DNA of 64,000 nucleotides from the IMG/VR virus record IMGVR_UViG_3300035145_002457, positions 1 through 64,000 of that record; one strand, 5' to 3'. Shown in pieces: positions 51,184 through 60,791 of the stretch. This DNA comes from a virus. A program made the position numbers and the translations under genes. The notes below the pieces were generated by a model. The model made no database searches. It was not told the DNA's origin and worked only from the letters and a program-made list of their open reading frames with translations. The stretch's first letter is position 1. Every line of letters starts with the position of its first letter.

Positions 51184-51875
51184 TGATTGTAGATTTACTA
51201 GATAAAAGAATAAACACAAGATGTTTTTCAGATAAATCTATTCCTGACAGTGTTATAAAAGAACTTTTAGAAGTGTTGAATAGGATACCAGCAAAAGAAA
51301 ATCAAATGCCTACAGAGGTTTATGTTTTAGGACAAGACGCTTTAGATGAAAAAAATGAATTATATGTTAATACAGAATGTAGTCCAAATGTTTTCAATCC
51401 TCAAGTACTAGCTCCTTTAGTTTTTTGTTTTGTTGAAAAAGAAAAAATGGTAGACGGTAATGGTATTACAGATGTAAAAATACCTAAAGTTTGGCAAACT
51501 GAAATACATAGATATTATACAGGAATGGCACTAATGGCATTATCTTTATCAGCACTTGAGCAAGGGTTATCTGTAGGAATTTGTCAATCACAAGGATTGT
51601 GTCATATTTGGCCTGATTGGAAAGAAAGAGGCGGTGCGTTTACATATAATAATGAATATAAAAAAGTAAGTTTATCTCTTGGTATTGGATATCCTGAATA
51701 TGAAAGCACAAGCAGTAGAGCAAGAATGCCAAATAAAATTGCTAAAAATTTAAAACCTGATGCAGTAAGAAGAGCTTCTCTAGGTGAAACCAGCAGAAGG
51801 CCAAAATTAAAAAATTATGTAAAAATAATAGGACAGGATATAACTTTACCAAAGACTTGGCAAAATAGGATATAA
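51183..51875 (+). CDS. nitroreductase-family flavoprotein
   Basis: KRINTRCFSDKSIP...IPAKENQMP...LSALEQGLSVG...LGIGYP. Confidence 0.65.
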   Translation: MIVDLLDKRINTRCFSDKSIPDSVIKELLEVLNRIPAKENQMPTEVYVLGQDALDEKNELYVNTECSPNVFNPQVLAPLVFCFVEKEKMVDGNGITDVKIPKVWQTEIHRYYTGMALMALSLSALEQGLSVGICQSQGLCHIWPDWKERGGAFTYNNEYKKVSLSLGIGYPEYESTSSRARMPNKIAKNLKPDAVRRASLGETSRRPKLKNYVKIIGQDITLPKTWQNRI

Positions 51876-51876
51876 G

Positions 51877-53274
51877 ATGCAAGATACAAAATGTGCAATG
51901 TTATGGATGAGTCAAAGTTATAGAGCCAATGGCGACATACGTGTTTGCTGTCAAGCACAACATGGTCCTACAGGAGGCATACTCAAAGACAAGGATGGCA
52001 AAATATTAAATGCAAGAGATGCAAATTTGCAAGATATTCGTAATGCTCCACTAGCAAAAGAAATACGCAAGGCAATGCTAGAAGGAAAACGTCATCCAGA
52101 ATGTATTCGTTGCCATACTGAAGAAGATGCAGGTATGTTAAGCCGTAGGCAAGTAGAAAACAAACTTTGGATCAAAGGCGGATGGAATCAAATTAAAGAA
52201 GAAGACAAGTATACTTGGGAACAGCTAGAAGAAAACACAAATGAAGACGGCAGTATTGAAACTGATAAAATAGGAAATGCATTTTTTGATGTGAGATTTG
52301 GAAACTTGTGTAACTTAAAATGCCGTATGTGCGGTCCAACTGATAGCAATATGTGGTACGAAGATCAAGTTAAACTATGGGGAAATACTTATAAAGATAG
52401 TCATGGAACAGTTCAACTTATCAAAAATGAAAAAGGAAAACATGTACCAGAAGTAAATGTATATGATTGGCACGAGAGTGACCATTACTGGAAACAAATG
52501 GAACAACAAATTCCAGCTATAAAAAAGTTATATATTGTAGGCGGCGAGCCTTTAATGATAGATCAACACTATGCTTTTTTACAGAAATGTGTTGATCAAG
52601 GTTGTGCAAAAGATATAGTTGTTGAATACAACTCAAATATTACTAACATACCAGAACGTGCTTGGAGCATATGGAAGCATTTTAGGCAAATAGGTATAGG
52701 TGCTAGTATTGATGCAATAGGAGATCTTAATCGATATATTAGGTATCCAAGTAATTTTAATAAAATTTGGGAGAACTTGAACAAATTAAGCAAAGCGGAT
52801 GGAAACTTTAGAGTTTGGTATGCAACAACAATCAGTATATACAATGTATTACACTTACCAGAATTTTTAAAATTTGTTATACAAAACCAATTAAAGCGTG
52901 TTAATGATGACGATTTAAAACCATTAATTACGCCTCATCCGTTACACGGACCTCAATTTTTAAATATTAGAGTATTGCCCAAAGATGTAAAAAAATATGT
53001 AACACAATTTTACAAAGATAGCGTAAGTGAACTTGATAAAGAAATTGACTTGCATATCAAAGATGAAAACAGAAAAATTGCCTGTAAAAAATATATGCGT
53101 AAAATTTTAAAAACGTATGACGAATTTATGTGGGCAAAAGATTTTACAGATAAATTACCTAAGTTTTGGGAACACACAAGGAAGTTAGATACTATCAGAG
53201 GACACAGTTTTGAAAAAAGTTGTCCTGAGATGTATAAATTATTGCAGGAGTATGAGCATGAAACCACACCTTAA
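51877..53274 (+). CDS. radical SAM protein, N-terminal twitch type (class A)
   Basis: KCAMLW...RVCC...CIRC; CNLKCRMC; IVGGEP. Confidence 0.9.
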   Translation: MQDTKCAMLWMSQSYRANGDIRVCCQAQHGPTGGILKDKDGKILNARDANLQDIRNAPLAKEIRKAMLEGKRHPECIRCHTEEDAGMLSRRQVENKLWIKGGWNQIKEEDKYTWEQLEENTNEDGSIETDKIGNAFFDVRFGNLCNLKCRMCGPTDSNMWYEDQVKLWGNTYKDSHGTVQLIKNEKGKHVPEVNVYDWHESDHYWKQMEQQIPAIKKLYIVGGEPLMIDQHYAFLQKCVDQGCAKDIVVEYNSNITNIPERAWSIWKHFRQIGIGASIDAIGDLNRYIRYPSNFNKIWENLNKLSKADGNFRVWYATTISIYNVLHLPEFLKFVIQNQLKRVNDDDLKPLITPHPLHGPQFLNIRVLPKDVKKYVTQFYKDSVSELDKEIDLHIKDENRKIACKKYMRKILKTYDEFMWAKDFTDKLPKFWEHTRKLDTIRGHSFEKSCPEMYKLLQEYEHETTP

Positions 53275-53896
53275 ATTAGACAAATTAAATGTAATAGATG
53301 ATGCAATTGATATTTGGAACACAATTGATCATAGTATAGAAAATAATGAAGATATAAATTTTTATAGGCAAGCATCAAAAACAATGGGCCATTATAGTTT
53401 AGGTAAAATTACACAAAGATGGGATTATTTTAGAGAATATTTTAAACCTCTTACTGATGAACAATGCTTGATAGAGTTTTATGTAGGTAACAAAGAAAAT
53501 TATAGAAGTTCTCCGCACACTGACAGAGGACGAACTGTTGCAATAAATGTGCCGATCAAAGTAGATTTAGAAAATAGCATTGCATTTTTTGGCAAACATT
53601 TTGATCTTGCAAAGTATCCTGCACCAAAAGATTTTGGGTATAATTTTAATCTTACAACAAAAGAAACTGATTTTAAGTCCGAAACAAATCAAAGATATCA
53701 AGGTGATTACGTTGAAGGACTTTACGATGATGTTATTTTAGATAGTTTAGTTTTATTTGATCCTGCTGTTCCACATGGCGGCTGGAATAAAGCAAATGAT
53801 AGTCGCGTGTTAATGAGTCTTAGTTTTGACAGCATTACATACGAACAGGCATACAACAAATGTATTGAACTAGGATGGACGAGTGAAATATCTTGA
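53258..53896 (+). CDS. 2OG-Fe(II) oxygenase/cupin-like protein
   Basis: HxD (SPHTD), distal His (PHGG) and Arg (SRVLMSLSF); ATG at 53258 is 7 nt after AGGAG. Confidence 0.55.
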   Translation: MKPHLKLDKLNVIDDAIDIWNTIDHSIENNEDINFYRQASKTMGHYSLGKITQRWDYFREYFKPLTDEQCLIEFYVGNKENYRSSPHTDRGRTVAINVPIKVDLENSIAFFGKHFDLAKYPAPKDFGYNFNLTTKETDFKSETNQRYQGDYVEGLYDDVILDSLVLFDPAVPHGGWNKANDSRVLMSLSFDSITYEQAYNKCIELGWTSEIS

Positions 53897-54995
53897 TTGC
53901 GTAGATATAAAATATCTACAAGTAGATCATAATTCTACTTGTAACTTGCGTTGTCCTCAATGTGCAAGGACACATGAAGGTGCCACACATCCTGATTTAC
54001 CTTTGTTAGAATTAAATGTAAGTGATTACGAAAAATTTATTCCACATACACCTAATTTAGATATTATTATGTTTTGTGGAAATTATGGCGAAGTTGTAGT
54101 CTCTAACACATTCATGGATTGTTTAGATTACGTATTAGAAAATACAAAGTCTAAAATAATTATTACAACCAACAGCAGTGCAAGGAATGAAGAATGGTGG
54201 TCTTTGCTTGCACAAAAGCTAAAAGGCAGAGGTAAAGTAAATTTTAGTATAGACGGTTTAGAAGATACTAATCATATATACCGAGTTAACGCTGTATGGG
54301 ATAAAGTAATTAATAACGCTAAAGCATTTACTAGTGCAGGCGGAAGAGCACGTTGGGACTATTTAGTTTTTGGACATAATGAACATCAAGTAGACGAAGC
54401 AGTAGCATTAGCAAAAGATATAGGATTTGAAGAATTTCAAATTAAACTTACAAATAGATTTATAAATGATGAACAGTATAAAAATGATATTCAAGCAAGT
54501 GAATCACAAGATGTTATTACAAGAAAAAGCAAGTATGTTTTAGATATGCCTAAAAACAAAGACTTCCAAGGGTCAGGAAAATCACAAAACGATCAAATTA
54601 TAGACAAGTACGGCAGTTGGAAATCTTATGTAAACACAACACCAATTGATTGTAAATGGAGACCTAACGGTCAAATATTCTTAGACTTTGAAGGGAGAGT
54701 ATGGCCTTGTACTTGGACAGCCAGTGGATATCATCATTACGGAAACAATACGCAGAAAGAACAAGCTCAAAAGGTTTTTGACAAGTACGGTAATGACTTT
54801 AACCAGTTATCAAAACATTCATTACCTGAAATATTAAATAATGAGTACTTTGGAAAAACGTTTTGTCAGAGTTGGCAATCTGACATGGATGCAGAAATTC
54901 CAAAGTTGTTTGCATGTGGTAGAACTTGCGGTACTGATTACAATTTTTCTAGTGCGTATGGTTCTAATAAAAGGTTGATTAAATTATATGAGTGA
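53883..54995 (+). CDS. radical SAM protein (class B)
   Basis: CNLRCPQC, CGNYGE, SIDGLEDTNHIYR; C...WPC...CGRTC. Confidence 0.9.
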   Translation: MKYLDCVDIKYLQVDHNSTCNLRCPQCARTHEGATHPDLPLLELNVSDYEKFIPHTPNLDIIMFCGNYGEVVVSNTFMDCLDYVLENTKSKIIITTNSSARNEEWWSLLAQKLKGRGKVNFSIDGLEDTNHIYRVNAVWDKVINNAKAFTSAGGRARWDYLVFGHNEHQVDEAVALAKDIGFEEFQIKLTNRFINDEQYKNDIQASESQDVITRKSKYVLDMPKNKDFQGSGKSQNDQIIDKYGSWKSYVNTTPIDCKWRPNGQIFLDFEGRVWPCTWTASGYHHYGNNTQKEQAQKVFDKYGNDFNQLSKHSLPEILNNEYFGKTFCQSWQSDMDAEIPKLFACGRTCGTDYNFSSAYGSNKRLIKLYE

Positions 54996-56265
54996 TTACA
55001 AAAAAGCAGACGATATAAGTCCATCAATGTGTATTATGCCTTGGATTGGTTTAGCAACTGATGCAAGCGGCGGAATACGACCTTGTTGTTGGATGCAAGC
55101 AATTACTCCTGACAAGTTTCATGGTAGCCCTGCAGAATACAAAGACAGCAAGTACCTCAATGATATGAAAGAGGCTTTTCTTAGAGGAGAATATCCAGAT
55201 ATATGTTCTAGATGTAAACATGATGATGAACGGGGTATGCAAACTAAAAGAACTAGAGAAAATAAATCATGGCAAGACACCGGCGGAGACTGGAATAAAC
55301 TAGACGAACAAGAATTTACTATGATTGATTTACGCCTAAGTAACATTTGTAATTTAGGATGTGTAATGTGTGGACCTAAAAGCAGTAGTTTTATTAGACA
55401 AGAAACAATAGATGTATTAGGTCAACAAGGTAAAACTGCTGAACATTATCAATATCAATATGACGGAACAAAGAATAAAGATTTACTGAATCCTTACACT
55501 GATCAAGATATAGAGGAAATAATTGAAATTATTCCTAAAAATGCAAGGATATATTGCACAGGAGGAGAACCTAGTTTAGTTAAGAAGACTACAAGACTAT
55601 TAGAGAGATTATTAGAAAAAGGATACAATGAAACTGTAATTTTACAATTTAATAGTAACTTTCAAGCATTAAACCAAAAATGGTATGATCTTTTATCTCA
55701 ATTTAAAGGTGACATGCTACCTAGTATTGATGGTATAGGCAAAACTGCTGAATATGTAAGATATCCATGTGATTGGAATCGTGTAGATAATAACATAAGA
55801 GAATTTATCAAGCAGTGTGGCAAAACTTGGACAGTAAAAATTATGCCAACTACAAGTATTGTTAGTGTTTTTGGATTTAAAGATATGTGGGATTGGTGGT
55901 ACAACGATTTAAGAGTAAACTTGCCATATATAGATGAAGCACTTCGTGGAGAAAAAGGCGATTGGGCAATGCGTACCCAATGTAATAATAGACTTGTAAG
56001 TCCTCCGTATTTTGACATAAGAAATTTACCAGAAGCCGGTAAACAAAAAGTTATAGAAGATATTGATTACATAATTAAAAATTACAGCAAGTATTGGCAA
56101 GTAGGTAATGAACGTAACTATCTTAATGATGTAAAGAAACAAGTTATGTTAGAACCAAATGAGCCATTTTCTCGAACTATAGAAAATTTAAATAGGCTAG
56201 ATGCTGTTAGAGGAAACAATTGGAGAGAAAGTTTGCCAGAACTAGCGAGATTAACAAATGGATAA
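54988..56265 (+). CDS. radical SAM protein, N-terminal twitch type (class A)
   Basis: MCIMPW...RPCC...CSRC; CNLGCVMC; TGGEP. Confidence 0.9.
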   Translation: MSDYKKADDISPSMCIMPWIGLATDASGGIRPCCWMQAITPDKFHGSPAEYKDSKYLNDMKEAFLRGEYPDICSRCKHDDERGMQTKRTRENKSWQDTGGDWNKLDEQEFTMIDLRLSNICNLGCVMCGPKSSSFIRQETIDVLGQQGKTAEHYQYQYDGTKNKDLLNPYTDQDIEEIIEIIPKNARIYCTGGEPSLVKKTTRLLERLLEKGYNETVILQFNSNFQALNQKWYDLLSQFKGDMLPSIDGIGKTAEYVRYPCDWNRVDNNIREFIKQCGKTWTVKIMPTTSIVSVFGFKDMWDWWYNDLRVNLPYIDEALRGEKGDWAMRTQCNNRLVSPPYFDIRNLPEAGKQKVIEDIDYIIKNYSKYWQVGNERNYLNDVKKQVMLEPNEPFSRTIENLNRLDAVRGNNWRESLPELARLTNG

Positions 56266-56815
56266 AATATTAGTTGCAGGAAATCCTGAGTACGGGTTAT
56301 CACAAGGCATAAAATCATTATTTCCTGATGCAAAATTTGTCAGTAGAGACTATGGAGGGTTTGATTTATCTATTCCAAGTACACAAAGAGAAATTGCAGA
56401 AATGAGTATGGACTATGATGTGTTTATTGCTGTAAGTTGTATATGGAGATTTGCCCAAACAGAGTATGTCCAAGAAGTGGCAAAACGTTGGATAGAAAGA
56501 AAGCATGGCTACATAATTGCTGTAGGTTCTAGTGCAGACACACCAGTTAAAGGTAGTGCATGGATGTACCCTGCAGAAAAAAAAGCGTTAAGAGCATATT
56601 GTAGGCAATTAAGTCAAATCAGTGCAGGAGAAAATGATTGCAATTTGAAAGTAACATATTTAAGTCCTGGTAATATTCACACCCCTAAACAAGACGAAAA
56701 ATTACCTGATGTTAAAAAATTAGAATCAGTATATATTGCCAATACTATAAAATGGTTATTAGAACAACCTAAAGATGTTAACATAAGCGAAATTTGCATG
56801 GATAGGATGCCATGA
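56258..56815 (+). CDS. short-chain dehydrogenase/reductase (SDR)-like oxidoreductase
   Basis: ILVAGNPEYGLSQG Rossmann-like start, IIAVGSS, YPAEK (YxxxK), LSPGNIHT, WLLEQP. Confidence 0.7.
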   Translation: MDKILVAGNPEYGLSQGIKSLFPDAKFVSRDYGGFDLSIPSTQREIAEMSMDYDVFIAVSCIWRFAQTEYVQEVAKRWIERKHGYIIAVGSSADTPVKGSAWMYPAEKKALRAYCRQLSQISAGENDCNLKVTYLSPGNIHTPKQDEKLPDVKKLESVYIANTIKWLLEQPKDVNISEICMDRMP

Positions 56816-57399
56816 ATATATTCTATTTGAATAACACTCCTACAAAATTCTACAAAACACTAAAAAAGATTGCAGACAAATATAAAAACAAACCATTTGA
56901 AATAATAATGTCTGATAGACATCATTCAACTGATTTAAGCGAAGAAGATTGCTTTGTACTTAATCAATTTTTACCTTTGCAATCTCCTGGTATATCCTTT
57001 AATATGATTAATCAAGCGTTAGAAACTTCTCATATAGATAGACAACGAAAAACAGCATTGCAAGTAGCAGTAAAATCAGATCCAATGAAACACTTTGCAT
57101 ATGCTGTAAAAAATGAATTTTTAGATGAACTTGTGCCACTTGAAATTGCTGATGGTTTTAGAAACAAGCGATATGTGGATTGGGAAAATGGCGGAGATGA
57201 GCGTCCTATGTTTTACCATTATAATCCGTGTTATAATGATCATATAGCAATAGAGAAAATGAAAGCATATCTTTGTAATACTACTTTACCGCATGGAGGG
57301 TTGCATACTATACCAGGCAAACATGAAAGATTATTTTTTAGTTTTTCCTTTTTACAAACAATAGATGAAGTTAAAGAAAAATTTAAGGATTGGCTCTAA
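56812..57399 (+). CDS. 2OG-Fe(II) oxygenase/cupin-like protein, paralog of 53258
   Basis: SHIDRQR...PHGG...ERLFFSFSF. Confidence 0.5.
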   Translation: MNIFYLNNTPTKFYKTLKKIADKYKNKPFEIIMSDRHHSTDLSEEDCFVLNQFLPLQSPGISFNMINQALETSHIDRQRKTALQVAVKSDPMKHFAYAVKNEFLDELVPLEIADGFRNKRYVDWENGGDERPMFYHYNPCYNDHIAIEKMKAYLCNTTLPHGGLHTIPGKHERLFFSFSFLQTIDEVKEKFKDWL

Positions 57400-58499
57400 T
57401 GGGATTACTTTGTAGCGCATTAAAAAATAGCATAAGTATAGCCCCTACGGGTGAAATCCGTCCTTGCTATTTGCATGATTTTAATCATGACTACAATGTT
57501 GATAAAATATCTATACAAGATTATAGAGAAAAAGTAGCTCTACCTATGTATAAAGAAATGAAAAAAACAGGAAAATTACCAAAAGGTTGTTGGAAGTGTA
57601 AGTCGATCAAACATTATGAAATATTTAACAAGTATTTGAAATGGTATGAGGCAAACGAAAGCGAAGAATTATTAATGTTAGATATTTCATTAAGTAATCT
57701 TTGTAATAACGGTTGTATAATGTGTAATAAGAAAAATAGCTCTTATTATAAAAAAATAGAAAAGAATATGTTTGTATTTCCTATACAAACCGGAGCGCAA
57801 GAGCTTAAAATTAATCATTCAAAAAAAGTTTTTGAAGATTTGTGTAGTAATGTAAAGTCATTAAAAGAGTTATATATTAAAGGCGGAGAACCCACTTTAG
57901 ATACTAAAGTACAAGACATATTAGATTATCTTATTAGTATTGATAAGACTGATACTGTTATAAAATTAAACACAAACTTAACAAATACAAATAAAAGATT
58001 TATGGATAGTATTAGTAAATTTCCTTATAAAAATGTTAGTTTCAGTATCGATGCAAAAGGAGAATTAAACAATGTATTGCGGCATCCTAGTAAGTTTAAT
58101 AGTGTGATTAAAAATTTGCAAAGATGGACAGAAATTAAAACCGAACAAGATCGATATAATATTTCTAGTGTGATAAGCATTTATAATCTATTTAAATATC
58201 CAGAATTAAAAAAATATTTAAAACAAAATTTTAATGAATATATTCATTTCTATCACATTAATATTTTGCAAACACCAGAATATATGGATATCTCTCATGT
58301 TAATAAAAAAATATTCAATCAAGCTCTTTTACTCTATGATGTTAGCGATAGAAAAACACTAATAGATTATTATAATAATAAAAAGACAAAAAATAATATC
58401 AATGATTACGAGGTATTTACAAAACGAAGTATACAATGGTTTAATAGTAGAGGATATGATCTATCTATAACTGGTAATCCGTTTTTTGAAGGAATATAA
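57399..58499 (+). CDS. radical SAM protein, N-terminal twitch type (class A)
   Basis: LCSAL...RPC...CWKC; CNNGCIMC; IKGGEP; TAATG coupling at 57397-57401. Confidence 0.88.
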   Translation: MGLLCSALKNSISIAPTGEIRPCYLHDFNHDYNVDKISIQDYREKVALPMYKEMKKTGKLPKGCWKCKSIKHYEIFNKYLKWYEANESEELLMLDISLSNLCNNGCIMCNKKNSSYYKKIEKNMFVFPIQTGAQELKINHSKKVFEDLCSNVKSLKELYIKGGEPTLDTKVQDILDYLISIDKTDTVIKLNTNLTNTNKRFMDSISKFPYKNVSFSIDAKGELNNVLRHPSKFNSVIKNLQRWTEIKTEQDRYNISSVISIYNLFKYPELKKYLKQNFNEYIHFYHINILQTPEYMDISHVNKKIFNQALLLYDVSDRKTLIDYYNNKKTKNNINDYEVFTKRSIQWFNSRGYDLSITGNPFFEGI

Positions 58500-58503
58500 T
58501 AAA

Positions 58504-59616
58504 ATGTATCATACATTCGAAACTGTACAAGACATGCATGTAGAAATAACTAATCGCTGTAATGCGGCTTGTCCTATGTGTGCAAGAAATGATTTCGGAG
58601 GAAAAACTAAAGAAGATCTTGAGCTTGACGAATGGAGCAAGGATGATATTGATCGTATTTTTAACGGACAGTTTCCTAAATTAGAAAATGTAATGTTTTG
58701 CGGCACTCACGGAGATCCATGTGTAGCAGAGCATACTTTATATGCTATAGATAAAATTAAAACAAACACAGATGCAACAGTTGAATTTTATTCTAATGCT
58801 AGTATGCGTACTCCTGAATGGTGGAGTAATCTTGGAAGTTTCATGAATCAAAAGAAACCAGACCATTGGCATTATAGGAAAAACGATCTTGCAATTTTTA
58901 GTATTGACGGCTTAGCCGACACAAATCATTTATATAGACGAAGAACTAATTTTGAAAAAATTATGGAAAATGCAGAAGCATATCTAAAAGCAGGTGGTAT
59001 TGCACGTTGGGATTTTATTGTGTTTAAACACAACGAACATCAAGTAGAAGAAGCAGAAGCACTTGCTAAAAAGATGGGATTCAAACAGTTCCGCATACGC
59101 AAAACAAGCCGTTTTGATTACTCACCTGACGGACCAGACAAATGGCGTGTGAAGGACAAAAACGGTAATGTAGAATACTATCTTGAACCTCCTGGCGAAA
59201 AGTATCGTAATCCTCAAAGTCAAAAGTTTCAAGAACTTACAGAGCAATACGGTACTATAGAAAAGTATTATGATGTTGCACCTATTGAGTGTTTGTATAA
59301 AAACGAATTCCGTAGAATATATGTAAATGCATATGCACAAGTATTCCCTTGCTGTTATATCTCAGACGATAGTTATCCCCATAAAAATAAAATTTACCTT
59401 GACACACAAGAAAAGATATTCAAAAAGTATGGGGTAGGCTTCAACAGTTTACGTAAATATGATTGGAATGATATTCTTAATCATCCATGGTTTGCTGGAG
59501 ACTTAGAACAAAGTTGGCAATCAGATCTTGCAGGAGGAAAATTAATGCGTTGTGCAAGAACATGTGGTAAAGGATATTCACCTATAAAAAGCCAAAGTAA
59601 GGATACAAACTTATGA
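58504..59616 (+). CDS. radical SAM protein (class B)
   Basis: CNAACPMC, CGTHGDP, SIDGLADTNHLYR; C...FPCC...CARTC. Confidence 0.9.
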   Translation: MYHTFETVQDMHVEITNRCNAACPMCARNDFGGKTKEDLELDEWSKDDIDRIFNGQFPKLENVMFCGTHGDPCVAEHTLYAIDKIKTNTDATVEFYSNASMRTPEWWSNLGSFMNQKKPDHWHYRKNDLAIFSIDGLADTNHLYRRRTNFEKIMENAEAYLKAGGIARWDFIVFKHNEHQVEEAEALAKKMGFKQFRIRKTSRFDYSPDGPDKWRVKDKNGNVEYYLEPPGEKYRNPQSQKFQELTEQYGTIEKYYDVAPIECLYKNEFRRIYVNAYAQVFPCCYISDDSYPHKNKIYLDTQEKIFKKYGVGFNSLRKYDWNDILNHPWFAGDLEQSWQSDLAGGKLMRCARTCGKGYSPIKSQSKDTNL

Positions 59617-60791
59617 ATCCAGTAGCGAGTTATTTTAAATTTAATCCAACAGGAGCATTTTCTGTGGATTGGTATATAGGAAAACGTTGCAACTTTAGTT
59701 GTAGTTATTGTGTCGATTATTTGCACGATAATCATTCACCTCATGTGCCTTTAGAGAAAATGAAAATACTTGCAGACGCTATTATCGACAAACATGGTAA
59801 AAATGTATTTTGGAGTTTGACTGGAGGAGAACCTACAGTGAATCCTAAATTTATGGATCTTTGCAAATACATAAAAAAAGAAAGAGGTGCAAGATTTGTT
59901 AGTCTTACTACTAACGGAACAAGGACAGCCGCCTACTACAAAGAATTATATCAATACATAGATGGCATTACACTAAGTTTTCATTTTGAACATATACAAG
60001 ATAGAATAGATGAGTATATTGACAAATGTATACAGATAGAAGACTGGCGTAGAGAATGGAATGGTATAATGGAAGAAACAGAAAACTTTCCAGATTGGGA
60101 TAATGGTAAAGTAAGGAAAACATTAATTCTTCGTTTTATGGTATACCCAGGGCAGTTTGAAAATGTAGAACGCATGGAAAAAGCATTTAGAGATCATGGC
60201 ATAACAAATATTGAACACAGATATATACGACCACCAGGTGGAAATTCAAATGAACTTATGCCTGATGTAAAGTTAGACTTTGGTAAAAATCACGATAAAA
60301 TGGATCCTAAAAAATTAGTTTCTTCTGAAGATAAAGCAGAAATAAAAGCAATTGAAACAAGAGAAAAACAATTCTATAAAGAAGGCGAAAAAGAAAAAAT
60401 TAAAGATCTATATACATCTAAAATTACACCAGACAAGCGTAAATTAAAATTTTGGTTTGTTGATGAAAATGGTGAATATAAAGATGAAGATTTTCATTAT
60501 AATGAATTAAATTTTGATAAAAAGAATAATTATGAAGGATGGTTATGTTGGGCAGGTGTAAAGCATCTCAAGGTGACACCAACAGGAGATATCTATATAG
60601 GTAGTTGTCATGTAGGTGGCAAACGTGGTAACATTTACGAAATAGAAAGTTTAGATTTGCCTACTGAGCCTATACGTTGTCCTAAATGGCGTTGTACTGA
60701 TAACTTAGATTTAAAAGTTCCAAAAATTAAAGATTGGGATCATTATCATTTAGTCAAAGATATGATAGAGTGGACTGATCAAAAGTCATAG
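59613..60791 (+). CDS. radical SAM protein (class C)
   Basis: CNFSCSYC, LTGGEPT; GWLCWAG...SC...GNIY...RCPKWRCTD. Confidence 0.9.
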   Translation: MNPVASYFKFNPTGAFSVDWYIGKRCNFSCSYCVDYLHDNHSPHVPLEKMKILADAIIDKHGKNVFWSLTGGEPTVNPKFMDLCKYIKKERGARFVSLTTNGTRTAAYYKELYQYIDGITLSFHFEHIQDRIDEYIDKCIQIEDWRREWNGIMEETENFPDWDNGKVRKTLILRFMVYPGQFENVERMEKAFRDHGITNIEHRYIRPPGGNSNELMPDVKLDFGKNHDKMDPKKLVSSEDKAEIKAIETREKQFYKEGEKEKIKDLYTSKITPDKRKLKFWFVDENGEYKDEDFHYNELNFDKKNNYEGWLCWAGVKHLKVTPTGDIYIGSCHVGGKRGNIYEIESLDLPTEPIRCPKWRCTDNLDLKVPKIKDWDHYHLVKDMIEWTDQKS

